Assembly (NCBI GenBank): GCA_900547415.1
Contig: URGS01000004.1
Coordinates: 26,389-90,388, forward strand
DNA: 64,000 nt
Reading direction: 5' to 3'
Source: an uncultured Phascolarctobacterium sp.
GTDB lineage: Bacteria; Bacillota; Negativicutes; Acidaminococcales; Acidaminococcaceae
Position numbers and translations under genes: made by a program. Below the pieces are notes generated by a model that saw nothing but the letters and a program-made list of their open reading frames with translations, made no database searches and was not told the DNA's origin. Shown in pieces: positions 28,205 through 38,356 of the stretch. Numbering within the stretch: position 1 is the first letter of the stretch; every line of letters begins with the position of its first letter.

Positions 28205-28972
28205 ATGGAATTATTAGAGAAAACAAGAAGAATTAATCGCTTGCTGCAAAGAGGGGACAAGGTAGAATTTAATGCTATTGCCAGCTTGTTGAAAGAGGTA
28301 ATTGGTGCTAATATCTACATTGTAGGCCGCAAGGGTGGTATTAAGGGCTACGCATTAATTCATGAGTTTGAATGTCCTATTATGAGAGATCAGGTGCTTG
28401 ACCACAGAAAATTTCCTGATAAGTACCTGGAGTTTATCATGGGCGTAAAAGAAACTCTTGCAAATATTCCTCATGTAGATCAAAAGTGCTCTTTTATTCA
28501 AGAAACTAAGTGTATGTTTATGGATAAAAAAACCACCATTGTACCTATTTATGGCAATGGTGAACGTATTGGTACTTTGATTGTTGCTAAGTATGACCAA
28601 GATTTTGATAGCGAGGATTTGCTTTTGGCGGAGTATGCTGCAACAGTACTTGGTGTAGAAATTCTTCACGAAAGAGCAGCTGTTATTGCTGATGAGGCTA
28701 GACAAAAAGCCATGGTGCAAATGGCTTTCTCCACTCTGTCTTATTCTGAGCTTGAGGCCATAGTAAATATTTTGGGTGAGCTACAGGGCAGCGAAGGTCT
28801 GCTGGTAGCATCTAAGATTGCTGATAGGGTAGGTATTACACGTTCTGTTATCGTTAACGCTTTGCGCAAATTTGAAAGTGCAGGCATCATTGAAACCAAA
28901 TCCCTTGGTATGAAGGGCACCTACATTAAAGTAAAAAATGAATTTCTTTTTGCTGAACTGAAGAAGAAATAA
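28205..28972 (+). CDS. codY: GTP-sensing pleiotropic transcriptional repressor CodY
   Basis: 255 aa; GAF domain and C-terminal wHTH (ASKIADRVGITRSVIVNALRKFESAGIIE). Confidence 0.93.
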   Translation: MELLEKTRRINRLLQRGDKVEFNAIASLLKEVIGANIYIVGRKGGIKGYALIHEFECPIMRDQVLDHRKFPDKYLEFIMGVKETLANIPHVDQKCSFIQETKCMFMDKKTTIVPIYGNGERIGTLIVAKYDQDFDSEDLLLAEYAATVLGVEILHERAAVIADEARQKAMVQMAFSTLSYSELEAIVNILGELQGSEGLLVASKIADRVGITRSVIVNALRKFESAGIIETKSLGMKGTYIKVKNEFLFAELKKK

Positions 28973-28976
28973 TTCA

Positions 28977-29009
28977 AGACCGCTTCCGATTTTACGGAGG
29001 CGGTCTTTT
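28977..29009 (+). terminator. Intrinsic terminator after codY
   Basis: AGACCGCTTCCG-attttac-CGGAGGCGGTCT followed by TTTT. Confidence 0.75.
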
Positions 29010-29073
29010 GTCTAAAGTGTCTTTATATGATATAATTAAACATATCTCATAACATTGCAAAGGAGTGCTGCAA

Positions 29074-29850
29074 ATGGAAAACGAAGTTTTGTATGTTGTT
29101 GAAAACAATGTTGCTACGATTACCATGAATCGTCCCAAGAGTCTCAACTCTATGAACGACGGACTGATTAACGGACTGCACGATGCTATTACTAAGGCTG
29201 CTGCTGATAAAGAGGTCAGAGCAATTGTGCTTACAGGCAATGGCAAGGCTTTTTGCGCTGGTGGTGACTTGAGCTATCTGAATGGTATTGAGGTTGCTGC
29301 TGATAAAAAAGCCTTCATTGCTAAGGTTGGCGACGTGGCTAAACGTTTGACCACTATTGAAAAGCCCGTGATTGCTTATGTTAATGGTGTAGCAGCAGGT
29401 GCTGGTGTTAATCTGATGCTGGCCTGTGATTTGGTATATGCTTCTGCTAAGGCTCGTTTTGCAGAAAGCTTTTCCAAGGTTGGACTTATTCCCGACTGTG
29501 GTGGCCTTTATTTTCTGCCCAAGGCTGTTGGCGTATTGAATGCTAAGGAACTGATGTTTACTGCAGACCTTATTGATGCACCTACAGCAGAAAAGCTAGG
29601 TATGCTTAATGCTGTGTATGATGACGAAGTTCTTCATGACAAGGTTTATGAAATGGCAGCACGCTTGGCGGCCAGCGCTCCTTTGTCTATTTCTCTTATA
29701 AAAAAATATCTTAATAACACAGCATTAACCTTGGATGAGGTGCTGACTATTGAGGAAACTACCCAGGCTCTTTTAATGGGTACCGATGATTGCAAGGAAG
29801 GCATTGCAGCCTTTTACGAAAAACGTAATCCTGTTTTTACAGGTAAATAG
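29074..29850 (+). CDS. Enoyl-CoA hydratase/isomerase (crotonase) family protein
   Basis: ATG 29074 after AAGGAG; crotonase fold motifs (VLTGNGKAFCAGGDL, oxyanion hole region). Confidence 0.8.
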   Translation: MENEVLYVVENNVATITMNRPKSLNSMNDGLINGLHDAITKAAADKEVRAIVLTGNGKAFCAGGDLSYLNGIEVAADKKAFIAKVGDVAKRLTTIEKPVIAYVNGVAAGAGVNLMLACDLVYASAKARFAESFSKVGLIPDCGGLYFLPKAVGVLNAKELMFTADLIDAPTAEKLGMLNAVYDDEVLHDKVYEMAARLAASAPLSISLIKKYLNNTALTLDEVLTIEETTQALLMGTDDCKEGIAAFYEKRNPVFTGK

Positions 29851-29860
29851 TAAATAATTT

Positions 29861-29905
29861 ACGGAATCGTCACTATAAGAGGAGCGATTCCGTTTCCTTT
29901 TTATT
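29861..29905 (+). terminator. Probable intrinsic terminator after crotonase gene (large loop)
   Basis: ACGGAATCG...CGATTCCGT stem followed by TTCCTTTTTATT. Confidence 0.5.
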
Positions 29906-29963
29906 GATGCTTGTGTTATAATTGTACTATTGAGTAGTTTATGCTTTTTTCGGAGGTTAATAA

Positions 29964-30584
29964 ATGTTAGATTTTAATACTTTGGTATTTCGTGTTCCGG
30001 CACTGCTTTTTGCTATAACTATTCATGAGTACGCACATGCACAAGCAGCTGATGCTATGGGTGATCCGACTCCCCGTTATATGGGACGTCTGACCATGAA
30101 TCCTTTGGCACATCTTGATGTTTTTGGTGCACTGATGCTGGTTATTGTAGGCTTTGGCTGGGCTAAGCCGGTTGCTATTGATGATAATAATTTCCGTAAC
30201 CGCAGAGATGGTATTCTTAAGGTTTCTCTAGCGGGCCCTGCAGCAAATCTTTTTGTCTGTTTTCTAGCGGCGTTGGTTGCTGCTGTTATGCAGAACTTTG
30301 GCCTTCTCAGCAATGGTGTATATCAGTTCCTGCTCTGGATGCAGTTGTACAACGTATGGTTTGCATTCTTTAATCTGATTCCCGTTCCGCCTTTGGACGG
30401 TGCCAAGATTCTCTGTACTTTGCTTCCTGCAAAGCAGGCCTGGGAGTATGACAACTTTGTGGGCAGCTATGGCATCTACATTCTGTTAGCGCTGGTATTT
30501 ACCGGTGTTATCGGTATGATTATCAATCCGCTGGCTGGATTATATATGGGAATAGTAAGCAGTATTTTAGGCTTGATTTTCTAA
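29964..30584 (+). CDS. Site-2 protease (M50) family small membrane metalloprotease
   Basis: 206 aa, 4-6 TM; HEYAHA (HExxH) zinc motif in first TM region. Confidence 0.7.
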   Translation: MLDFNTLVFRVPALLFAITIHEYAHAQAADAMGDPTPRYMGRLTMNPLAHLDVFGALMLVIVGFGWAKPVAIDDNNFRNRRDGILKVSLAGPAANLFVCFLAALVAAVMQNFGLLSNGVYQFLLWMQLYNVWFAFFNLIPVPPLDGAKILCTLLPAKQAWEYDNFVGSYGIYILLALVFTGVIGMIINPLAGLYMGIVSSILGLIF

Positions 30585-30680
30585 ATTATGGTAAATTACC
30601 GTGCTGCCATTTCCTTATAAATAAAGGAATGGTGAAGATAGTGCGGCTGCCAGTATAATATTAATATAAAGGGGTCTTGA

Positions 30681-31676
30681 ATGATGAACAAAGGTAGAAT
30701 TTTTAGTGGTATGCAGCCTTCTGGCCGTTTTCACTTAGGCAACTATATGGGTGCACTGGAAAACTGGGTGCGCCTGCAAAATGAATATGAATGCTTTTTC
30801 TCTATTGTAGATTTGCATGCATTGACTTCATCTTATGCAGATACCTCTAAGCTGCAGGACAATGTTCACGAAATGGCTATTGATTGGCTGAGCGCTGGCC
30901 TTGATCCGGAAAAGAACGTAATTTTCGTACAATCCCATGTCAAGGAGCATGCTGAACTAGCACTTCTTTTAGGTATGAGCACTCCCTTGTCCTGGCTGGA
31001 GCGTGTCCCGACCTACAAGGACAAGATTAGAGATTTAGAGGGCAGCGGTAAGGATTTGCATACCTATGGCTTCCTGGGCTATCCTGTGCTGATGGCAGCA
31101 GATATTATGTTGTATAAGGCTACCTGCGTTCCTGTAGGCGAGGACCAATCTGCCCATCTGGAGCTGACTCGTGAATTGGTACGTCGTTTCAACTATCTGT
31201 ATCACAAGGAAGTTTTCCCTGAGCCTCAGGCTGTATTCTCCAAGGCTAAGGTGTTGCCTGGCATTGATGGCCGTAAAATGTCAAAATCCTATGGCAATTC
31301 TATTCCCTTTGGTGCGTCTTCTGAAGAAATGTGGGAAAAGGTACGCATGATGACTACTGACCCGCAGCGCATTAAAAAGACTGACAAGGGTAATCCTGAT
31401 GTGTGCATTGTGTATAAATTCCAACAGGTATTCAATACCGAGGAATGCAAGGATATTGAAGCTAAATGCCGTGCTGGTGAAATTGGCTGCGTACAATGCA
31501 AAAAATGCTTAGCAGCTAAGATGAATGCTATGCTGGCAGATATTCACGCTAAACGTGCTGAACTGGAAAAGAAGCCGGAATACATTAAAGAGGTTTTGGA
31601 ATACGGCGCACAGCGCGCTCGTAAGGAAGCAGAAAAGAACATGGCAGAAATTAAAGCAGCCATGAACGTACTGTAA
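30681..31676 (+). CDS. trpS: Tryptophan--tRNA ligase
   Basis: class I aaRS HIGH-type motif (PSGRFHLGNY) and KMSKS (KMSKS present). Confidence 0.93.
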   Translation: MMNKGRIFSGMQPSGRFHLGNYMGALENWVRLQNEYECFFSIVDLHALTSSYADTSKLQDNVHEMAIDWLSAGLDPEKNVIFVQSHVKEHAELALLLGMSTPLSWLERVPTYKDKIRDLEGSGKDLHTYGFLGYPVLMAADIMLYKATCVPVGEDQSAHLELTRELVRRFNYLYHKEVFPEPQAVFSKAKVLPGIDGRKMSKSYGNSIPFGASSEEMWEKVRMMTTDPQRIKKTDKGNPDVCIVYKFQQVFNTEECKDIEAKCRAGEIGCVQCKKCLAAKMNAMLADIHAKRAELEKKPEYIKEVLEYGAQRARKEAEKNMAEIKAAMNVL

Positions 31677-31681
31677 ACTTT

Positions 31682-32389
31682 ATGACTGATTTATCTCTTA
31701 AGCTCAGTGCTTTTGAGGGTCCGTTAGACCTTTTGATGCATCTGATTGAAAAGGATAAAATAGATATATATGACATTCCCATTGTCTCTATAACAGAGCA
31801 ATATATTAGCTACCTTCGTAACCTCAGTGAGTTTGATATGGAAATAGCCAGTGAATTTTTGGTTATGGCAGCAACGCTGCTGCAGATAAAATCAAGGATG
31901 CTGCTTCCTAAGGCTCCTGCAATAGATACGGAGGAAGAGGCTGATCCCCGTCAGCAGCTGGTAGAAATGCTTGTTGAGTATAGACGCATAAAGGAGCTTG
32001 CAGGATCTCTGATAATACTGAAGGAGGAGGCAGACCGCTATTATCATCGCCGTCCGATGTTTGCCGATGTTTGTGAGAGGGTTTTGCCTAATTATAATGC
32101 AGGTGTGCTGCTGAAGGCTTTGGCAGCTATGGTTAATAGTGATAATAAGCCTTCAGCGTATATTGAACCACAAGCCTTCAGTGTTCAGGAAAAAATGGCG
32201 TCTATTCTCAAAAAATTGCAAAAAAAACCACAAGGTTTTCTTTTGAATGAGCTGTTTGCTGTAGGTGTTTCTGGTGAAAAGGTTGCAGCCTTTTTAGGTG
32301 TACTGGAGCTATTGAAAATGGGACTTATTTCCATTAACCAGTCGGCTCAGTTTGCACCAATATATATTTTCCCTAAGGGAGGGGAGTAG
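31682..32389 (+). CDS. scpA: Segregation and condensation protein A
   Basis: 235 aa; FEGPLDLLMHLI N-terminal motif. Confidence 0.88.
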   Translation: MTDLSLKLSAFEGPLDLLMHLIEKDKIDIYDIPIVSITEQYISYLRNLSEFDMEIASEFLVMAATLLQIKSRMLLPKAPAIDTEEEADPRQQLVEMLVEYRRIKELAGSLIILKEEADRYYHRRPMFADVCERVLPNYNAGVLLKALAAMVNSDNKPSAYIEPQAFSVQEKMASILKKLQKKPQGFLLNELFAVGVSGEKVAAFLGVLELLKMGLISINQSAQFAPIYIFPKGGE

Positions 32390-32392
32390 GGC

Positions 32393-32989
32393 ATGCTTTA
32401 TAAAAAACTAACAGGCGCTCTGGAGGCTGTGCTTTTTGCAGCAGGTGAACCTCTCTCTGTAGCGGAAATAGCAGGTATTATGCAATTGGAAAAGCCACAG
32501 GTTTGGGAGCTCTTAGGAACTTTGTCCCAAAGCTATGAAGATGAGGGACGAGGACTGATGCTTCGTGAAATAGGCGGTGGCTATCAGCTGGTTACTAAGC
32601 CCGAGCATTACAGAATGTTCAGTACTATGGGTAAGAAGAAGGAAATCAAGCTTACTAACGCTGCTATGGAAACCTTGGCAATTGTAGCCTTCAAGCAGCC
32701 TGTAACTAGGGCTGAAATGGAAGCTATTCGTGGTGTTAAGGTAGATGGCGTTGTTAATACGCTTTTAGAGCTGGATTTAATTACGGAGGCAGGAAGAAAG
32801 AAAGCCCTGGGCAATCCAATTCTTTATGCAACAACAGATAAATTTCTAACAGTCTTCGGATTGGGATCTATTGATGATTTGCCAAGACCTGATAGTCAGG
32901 AAGCTAAAGATTACGTAGAGGATGGAGTGCAGCAGATTCTTGATTTAGGCATTGAGGATGAAAAGGCTAATGAGAGTCTGCCTATGTAA
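32393..32989 (+). CDS. scpB: Segregation and condensation protein B
   Basis: 198 aa; tandem wHTH; follows scpA. Confidence 0.88.
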   Translation: MLYKKLTGALEAVLFAAGEPLSVAEIAGIMQLEKPQVWELLGTLSQSYEDEGRGLMLREIGGGYQLVTKPEHYRMFSTMGKKKEIKLTNAAMETLAIVAFKQPVTRAEMEAIRGVKVDGVVNTLLELDLITEAGRKKALGNPILYATTDKFLTVFGLGSIDDLPRPDSQEAKDYVEDGVQQILDLGIEDEKANESLPM

Positions 32990-33019
32990 ATCAAAAATAT
33001 ATTTTAAGGATAATATTTA

Positions 33020-33745
33020 ATGGAAGAACGTTTACAAAAAATTCTCGCGGCGGCAGGTATTGCCTCCCGTAGAGAAGCAGAAAAAATTATTACAGCAGGA
33101 CGTGTAAAGGTTAACGGTAAGGTGGTAACAGAGCTAGGAGTTAAATTTGATGCCTCTAAGTGCCGAATTACTGTTGATGGCAAGCCAATTGCTCAGGAGC
33201 AAAAGGTTTATTATATGTTCTACAAGCCTCGTGGAGTAGTAACTACTATGAACGACCCTCAAAATAGAAGAAGCATTGCTGATTTTGTTGAAAGTCTTCC
33301 GCAAAGGGTGTTTCCGGTAGGACGTCTTGATTATAATACAGAGGGTTTGCTGCTCCTGACCAACGATGGAGCCATGGCTCAGGCACTTATGCATCCAAGC
33401 CATGAGGTTAATAAGACCTACCTGGTAAAATGCGTAGGTATTATTCCACAGGAGAAGCTGGATGAGCTGCGTATTGGAGTTAAGCTGGAGGATGGTATGA
33501 CCGCTCCTGCTATTGTTAATCTGCGTGCATATGACCATGACCATAATGCTACTTTGTTCGATATAGCTATTCATGAGGGCCGTAACCGTCAGGTTCGTCG
33601 TATGTGTGATGCAATTGGCTTTCCTGTGCGCGAGCTGAAGCGTGTTAAAATGGGTCCTCTTGTGCTCAGAGATTTGGGACGTGGAAAGTGCCGTATGCTC
33701 ACTGAGCTGGAGCTTTCCCAATTAAAAAAGGCGGCTAAGCTATGA
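33020..33745 (+). CDS. rluB: rRNA pseudouridine synthase (RluB/RsuA family) with S4 domain
   Basis: S4 domain N-terminus (RLQKILAAAGIASRREAEKII) and catalytic VGRLDYNTEGLLLLTNDG motif. Confidence 0.88.
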   Translation: MEERLQKILAAAGIASRREAEKIITAGRVKVNGKVVTELGVKFDASKCRITVDGKPIAQEQKVYYMFYKPRGVVTTMNDPQNRRSIADFVESLPQRVFPVGRLDYNTEGLLLLTNDGAMAQALMHPSHEVNKTYLVKCVGIIPQEKLDELRIGVKLEDGMTAPAIVNLRAYDHDHNATLFDIAIHEGRNRQVRRMCDAIGFPVRELKRVKMGPLVLRDLGRGKCRMLTELELSQLKKAAKL

Positions 33746-34977
33746 ATAATGTAGCAATTATTGGCGGTGGCGCAGCTGGTCTTTTAGCTGGTATTGCTGC
33801 TGCTCAGGATGGTGCCAAGGTTACTATTTTTGAGAAAATGCGTATTCCTGGCAAAAAGATGTTAATTACAGGTAAGGGTCGCTGCAATATTACTAATGCC
33901 TGCGAGCTCCCTGAAATCATCAAAAATCTTCCTGGCAATGGTAGATTTTTGAATAGTGCTTTACGTGGCTTTACTAATGATGATATAGTATATCTATTGG
34001 AAAGCAACGGACTGCCTACTAAGGTAGAGCGTGGCGGTAGAATTTTTCCTGTGAGCGATACTGCCAAAGATGTAGTAGATACCCTGGTGAAGATTTATTC
34101 ACATTTAGGTGGCAGACTTCAGACTGATAAAAAGGTGCTGGAAATAGTTTGCAAGGACGGAGCTGTTGAGGGAATTAAAACTATCGACGGCTTTTATGCA
34201 GCAGATGCAGTTGTTTTAGCTGCAGGCGGTGCTTCCTATCCTGGCACCGGCAGTGATGGTAGTGGTGCTAAGCTGGCGAAAAAGGCAGGACATTCTATTG
34301 TTCCCTTAAAACCGTCCCTGGTACCTCTTGAAAGCGACTATCCCTATGTAGAGGATTTACAGGGACTTTCTTTGCGTAATGTAGAGGCTACGCTTTTGGG
34401 AGATGGCAAAAAGCTGGGAGTGGAATTTGGCGAAATGCTGTTTACTCACTTTGGAGTATCTGGCCCCATTGTTCTTTCCTTAAGCAATTTGGCTGCCAAG
34501 GCGCTGAGCGAGGGCAAGGATGTGGAGCTTGTTATTGACCTTAAGCCAGCACTTTCTGAAGCGAAGCTTGATGCTCGCATTCAACGTGACTTTGTTGAGT
34601 ATAGTCGTAAGCAGCTAGTAAATGGTATGAAGGACTTGCTTCCTCAACGTCTTATTCCCGTTGTTTGTGATATGGCTTTTCTTGATGAAGAGAAGTTTAT
34701 TAACCAAATTTCTCGAGAAGAACGTCATAGATTGATGAAGACACTTAAAGGTTTTTCTGTTCCCATTACCGGAACTCGTCCTATTGCAGAGGCTATTGTC
34801 ACTGCAGGCGGTGTTTCTGTAAAGGAAATCAATCCTAAAACTATGGAATCCAAGCTGGTGAAGGGTTTGTACTTTGCTGGCGAGGTCATGGACGTGGATG
34901 GCTATACAGGCGGCTTTAATCTGCAGGCTGCATTTTCCAGCGGTTATGCTGCGGGAAGAGCGGCGGCAGCACAATAA
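33742..34977 (+). CDS. HI0933/YhiN/BaiN-like NAD(P)/FAD-dependent flavoprotein
   Basis: 411 aa; GxGxxG FAD motif IIGGGAAGL and family signature ITGKGRCNITN. Confidence 0.8.
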   Translation: MNNVAIIGGGAAGLLAGIAAAQDGAKVTIFEKMRIPGKKMLITGKGRCNITNACELPEIIKNLPGNGRFLNSALRGFTNDDIVYLLESNGLPTKVERGGRIFPVSDTAKDVVDTLVKIYSHLGGRLQTDKKVLEIVCKDGAVEGIKTIDGFYAADAVVLAAGGASYPGTGSDGSGAKLAKKAGHSIVPLKPSLVPLESDYPYVEDLQGLSLRNVEATLLGDGKKLGVEFGEMLFTHFGVSGPIVLSLSNLAAKALSEGKDVELVIDLKPALSEAKLDARIQRDFVEYSRKQLVNGMKDLLPQRLIPVVCDMAFLDEEKFINQISREERHRLMKTLKGFSVPITGTRPIAEAIVTAGGVSVKEINPKTMESKLVKGLYFAGEVMDVDGYTGGFNLQAAFSSGYAAGRAAAAQ

Positions 34978-35010
34978 AAACGGACCCTGGTCCTAAGAAA
35001 AAGAGTGATA

Positions 35011-35682
35011 ATGATGAAAAAAATAGTTGTTGCCATTGATGGTCCTGCTGGCGCAGGCAAAAGCACTATTGCTAAGATGGTGGCAGAAAAAATAGGCTAT
35101 GCATATATTGATACCGGAGCTATGTATCGCAGTGTTGCCTGGAAGTTTTTACAGACAGGTCATGACTTAGATGAAGAATATATCGGTATGCTATCCAATA
35201 CTATGATTATTATGTTCAAGCCGGAGGCAAGCGTAAACCGCGTGTTTGTAGATGATGTTGAAGTAACTGATGCAATTCGCAGCGCAGAGGTTACAGCCCT
35301 TGTATCCAAGGTTGCAGCTATTGGTGCAGTTCGTGAAGCAATGGTTGACCAACAGCGTCGTATGGGCGAAAGCGGTGGCGTACTGATGGATGGACGCGAT
35401 ATAGGTACTGTAGTATTTCCCAATGCACAGCTGAAAATTTTTCTTACTGCCACAGTTGAGGAAAGAGCGATGCGTCGTTATAAAGAGCTGATTGCCAAGG
35501 GACAGCAGGTTGACCTAGAGCATCTCAAGGCAGACATTGCTTGCAGAGATAAGCAGGATAGCGAAAGAGCCATTAGTCCTTTGCGTCAGGCTGAAGATGC
35601 AATTTATCTTGATACATCTGCTATGAGTATTGATGAGGTTGCAGCATTCATCGAAAACCTTGTAAAGGAGCGGGAACAATGA
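35011..35682 (+). CDS. cmk: Cytidylate kinase
   Basis: P-loop VAIDGPAGAGKST; start ambiguous among GTG 35005 / ATG 35011 / ATG 35014. Confidence 0.9.
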   Translation: MMKKIVVAIDGPAGAGKSTIAKMVAEKIGYAYIDTGAMYRSVAWKFLQTGHDLDEEYIGMLSNTMIIMFKPEASVNRVFVDDVEVTDAIRSAEVTALVSKVAAIGAVREAMVDQQRRMGESGGVLMDGRDIGTVVFPNAQLKIFLTATVEERAMRRYKELIAKGQQVDLEHLKADIACRDKQDSERAISPLRQAEDAIYLDTSAMSIDEVAAFIENLVKEREQ

Positions 35683-36275
35683 TTTATACTGCTCTGAAAA
35701 CATTGTTGAAATTAATCTTCCTGGTAGCCTTGCGCATGCGCTATGAAGGTACGGAAAATATTCCTAAGGAAGGACCTCTGGTAATTGCCAGTAACCATCT
35801 TAGCCTTTTGGACCCTCCGGTAATTGGTACCTGTTCTACCCGTAAGGTTCATTTTATGGCTAAGCAAGAGCTTTTCTTCCCTGTTTTCGGTTTCATCATC
35901 AGAACTTTGGGTGCATTTCCTGTTCGTCGTGGCGGTGCTGATAGAGCAGCTATCAAGCATGGTATTGATATTCTCCAAAATGGTGATGTACTGGCTATTT
36001 TTCCTGAAGGTACCCGCAGCAAAACAGGCAAGCTGGGAAAGGCTGAGCCTGGAGCTCTAATGATGGCCAGCAAGGTTAAGGCAGCTATTGTTCCTACCTG
36101 TGTAATCGGTACTGACTACAGAAGATATGGTCGTATTTGGCCTAAGGTTACTGTAAGATTTGGTAAGCCCATTTATTTTCCGGAAGGCGTTCCTATTAGT
36201 AAGGAGCTGTTAAACAGCATGACTGAGGAAATGATGGAGCATATTGCTAAGCTGCAGGCAGGAGAGAATGTATGA
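35679..36275 (+). CDS. plsC: 1-acyl-sn-glycerol-3-phosphate acyltransferase
   Basis: HX4D motif (SNHLSLLD) and FPEGTRS motif. Confidence 0.88.
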   Translation: MIYTALKTLLKLIFLVALRMRYEGTENIPKEGPLVIASNHLSLLDPPVIGTCSTRKVHFMAKQELFFPVFGFIIRTLGAFPVRRGGADRAAIKHGIDILQNGDVLAIFPEGTRSKTGKLGKAEPGALMMASKVKAAIVPTCVIGTDYRRYGRIWPKVTVRFGKPIYFPEGVPISKELLNSMTEEMMEHIAKLQAGENV

Positions 36276-38341
36276 ATATAATTGTAGCTGAGCACTGTGG
36301 TTTTTGCTATGGCGTAAAGCGTGCTGTTAAAATGGCTCAAGAGGCTGCAGAGCAGCACGTTCATGGCGGAACCTATGGTCCGCTTATTCATAACCCTCAG
36401 TTAATTGAAGAGCTGGCGGCAGGAGGTATTTCCTGTAAAGACAATTTAAAGGATTTTGCTTCGGGAGAAACTGCTATTTTTCGTTCTCATGGAGTTGGTC
36501 CTGAAATATATGCACAGGCGGAGCAACTAGGATTGAAAATTCTTGATGCAACTTGTCCTAATGTGCGTTTGGCACAGAAAAAAGCATCACAGGCAGCGGC
36601 TGATGGTTATTTTCCCATAATTATTGGAGAAAAAAATCACCCAGAAGTAAAAAGTATTTTAAAATGGGCAGGAGAAAACGCTATCTGTGTAGAATATATA
36701 GAAGATGTTTCTAGTGTCCCTCAAAAAGAGCGCTACGGAGTGGTTATTCAAACCACTTTCGAGCTGAAGAAGTTTGAGGCTATTTTGCGAGCCTTGCAGG
36801 AACAAAGGCCTGGTGAATATCGGGTTGATAGAACTATCTGCATGGCTACATCACAGCGTCAGAAGGCTGCATTGGAGCTGGCTGACAAATGTGATGCCGT
36901 TATTGTCATAGGTGGTCGTAATAGTGCTAATACAAGGCATTTATACGAACTGGTGGCAGAAAGATGCAAAAAGGCGTATCATATTGAAACTGCAGCTGAG
37001 CTTTCAAAAGAGATGCTTAGAGATTGTCACAACATTGGAATCACGGCAGGAGCATCAACTCCCGACCGTTTAATTAAGGAGGCTATTATAGCAATGGAAA
37101 ACATGGAAAATTTTGAAGAGTTGTTGAATTCTGTAGAGGAGGTAGAAATATATAACGGTAAAGTTGTAGAAGCTGAAGTATTTAAAGTTAACAATGAAGG
37201 CGTTTACGTTTCCTTTGGTTATATGAAAGAAGGCCACATTCCGTTCGAAGAATGGGAAGTTGGCGGCACTGCTGAAAACCTGATGGGCACCATTAAAGAA
37301 GGCGAAGTAGTAGAAGTTAAGGTTGTTGCTTCCAGCGGCAAAAGCGATTTCATCGAAATGTCCAAAGTTAAAGCTGAACGTGACGCAGCATGGAAAAATG
37401 TTGCTGAACTGGCCGAAGGCGAAAAACGTCCTGCTACCGTTAAGGTTCTGCGCGTAATTAAAAACAAAAAATCCGGCAGCATCGTTGGTCTGGCTGTAGC
37501 TGTTGAAGGTGTTGAAGGCTTCATGCCCGCTTCTCACGTTGAACTGAAACGCGTTGAAGACTTCTCCGGCTATGTTGGTCAAGAACTGGAAGCTGAAATC
37601 ATCGAAGTAGACCTGGAGAAAAAACGCATCGTTGTTTCTCGCCGCGATCTGCTGAAAGCTGAAAGAGAAGCTAAGAACAAAGCTTGGAAAGAAGCTAAAG
37701 AAGCTCGTATTCAAGCTGCTCGCGAAGCTCGCGCTGCTGCTGAAGAAGCTGCTTATGACTCCATCGAAGAAGGCCAAATCGTTACCGGTAAAGTTGTTAA
37801 GGTTATGGAATATGGCATGTTCGTTAAAATCAACGAGCACCTGGTTGGCCTGCTGCACAACACCGAGCTGTCTTGGGATCGCAATGTAAAACCTGAAGAC
37901 GTTGCTAAACAAGACGACGAAGTACAAGTAATGATTAAAGAAATCGATCGCGAGAAAAAACGTGTTGCGTTGTCCATCAAAGCTACCCAAGAAGATCCCT
38001 GGGTTGTAGAAGCTAACGAGCTGCATGTTGGCGACATCATCGAAGTTGAAGTAGCTAAATTCCTGCCCTTCGGTGCTATCGTAAAAATCAGCGACCGTGT
38101 AGAAGGTCTGGTTCACATTTCCGAAATCGCTCAAGAGCGTATCAACAAACCTGAAGACGTTCTGGAACTGGGTCAAGTTGTTAAAGCTGAAGTTATCAAA
38201 ATTGATCTGGATAGCAAGAAAATCGGCCTGAGCATTTCCAAAATCAAACGTGATGCTGAAAAAGCTGAAGTTCGTTCCTACATGGGCAAAAAATCTGGCG
38301 GTCTGACTCAAGATCTGTCCGAACAACTGAAACAAGACTAA
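36272..38341 (+). CDS. ispH: Fusion protein: 4-hydroxy-3-methylbut-2-enyl diphosphate reductase IspH (N-terminal ~280 aa) + ribosomal protein S1 domains (4 S1 repeats)
   Basis: 689 aa; IspH N-terminus (CGFCYGVKRAV, conserved Cys ligands) followed by S1-domain repeats (GKVVEAEVFKV..., GQIVTGKVVKV..., VGDIIEVEVAK...). Confidence 0.9.
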   Translation: MNIIVAEHCGFCYGVKRAVKMAQEAAEQHVHGGTYGPLIHNPQLIEELAAGGISCKDNLKDFASGETAIFRSHGVGPEIYAQAEQLGLKILDATCPNVRLAQKKASQAAADGYFPIIIGEKNHPEVKSILKWAGENAICVEYIEDVSSVPQKERYGVVIQTTFELKKFEAILRALQEQRPGEYRVDRTICMATSQRQKAALELADKCDAVIVIGGRNSANTRHLYELVAERCKKAYHIETAAELSKEMLRDCHNIGITAGASTPDRLIKEAIIAMENMENFEELLNSVEEVEIYNGKVVEAEVFKVNNEGVYVSFGYMKEGHIPFEEWEVGGTAENLMGTIKEGEVVEVKVVASSGKSDFIEMSKVKAERDAAWKNVAELAEGEKRPATVKVLRVIKNKKSGSIVGLAVAVEGVEGFMPASHVELKRVEDFSGYVGQELEAEIIEVDLEKKRIVVSRRDLLKAEREAKNKAWKEAKEARIQAAREARAAAEEAAYDSIEEGQIVTGKVVKVMEYGMFVKINEHLVGLLHNTELSWDRNVKPEDVAKQDDEVQVMIKEIDREKKRVALSIKATQEDPWVVEANELHVGDIIEVEVAKFLPFGAIVKISDRVEGLVHISEIAQERINKPEDVLELGQVVKAEVIKIDLDSKKIGLSISKIKRDAEKAEVRSYMGKKSGGLTQDLSEQLKQD

Positions 38342-38356
38342 TATTGAGGAGCAAGA

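Noticed and set aside
30585-30680. T-box leader upstream of trpS
   Set aside because: The region is only 96 nt and lacks a specifier-loop/T-box (AATTAGAGTGGTACCGCG-like) sequence; only a small imperfect hairpin is present.
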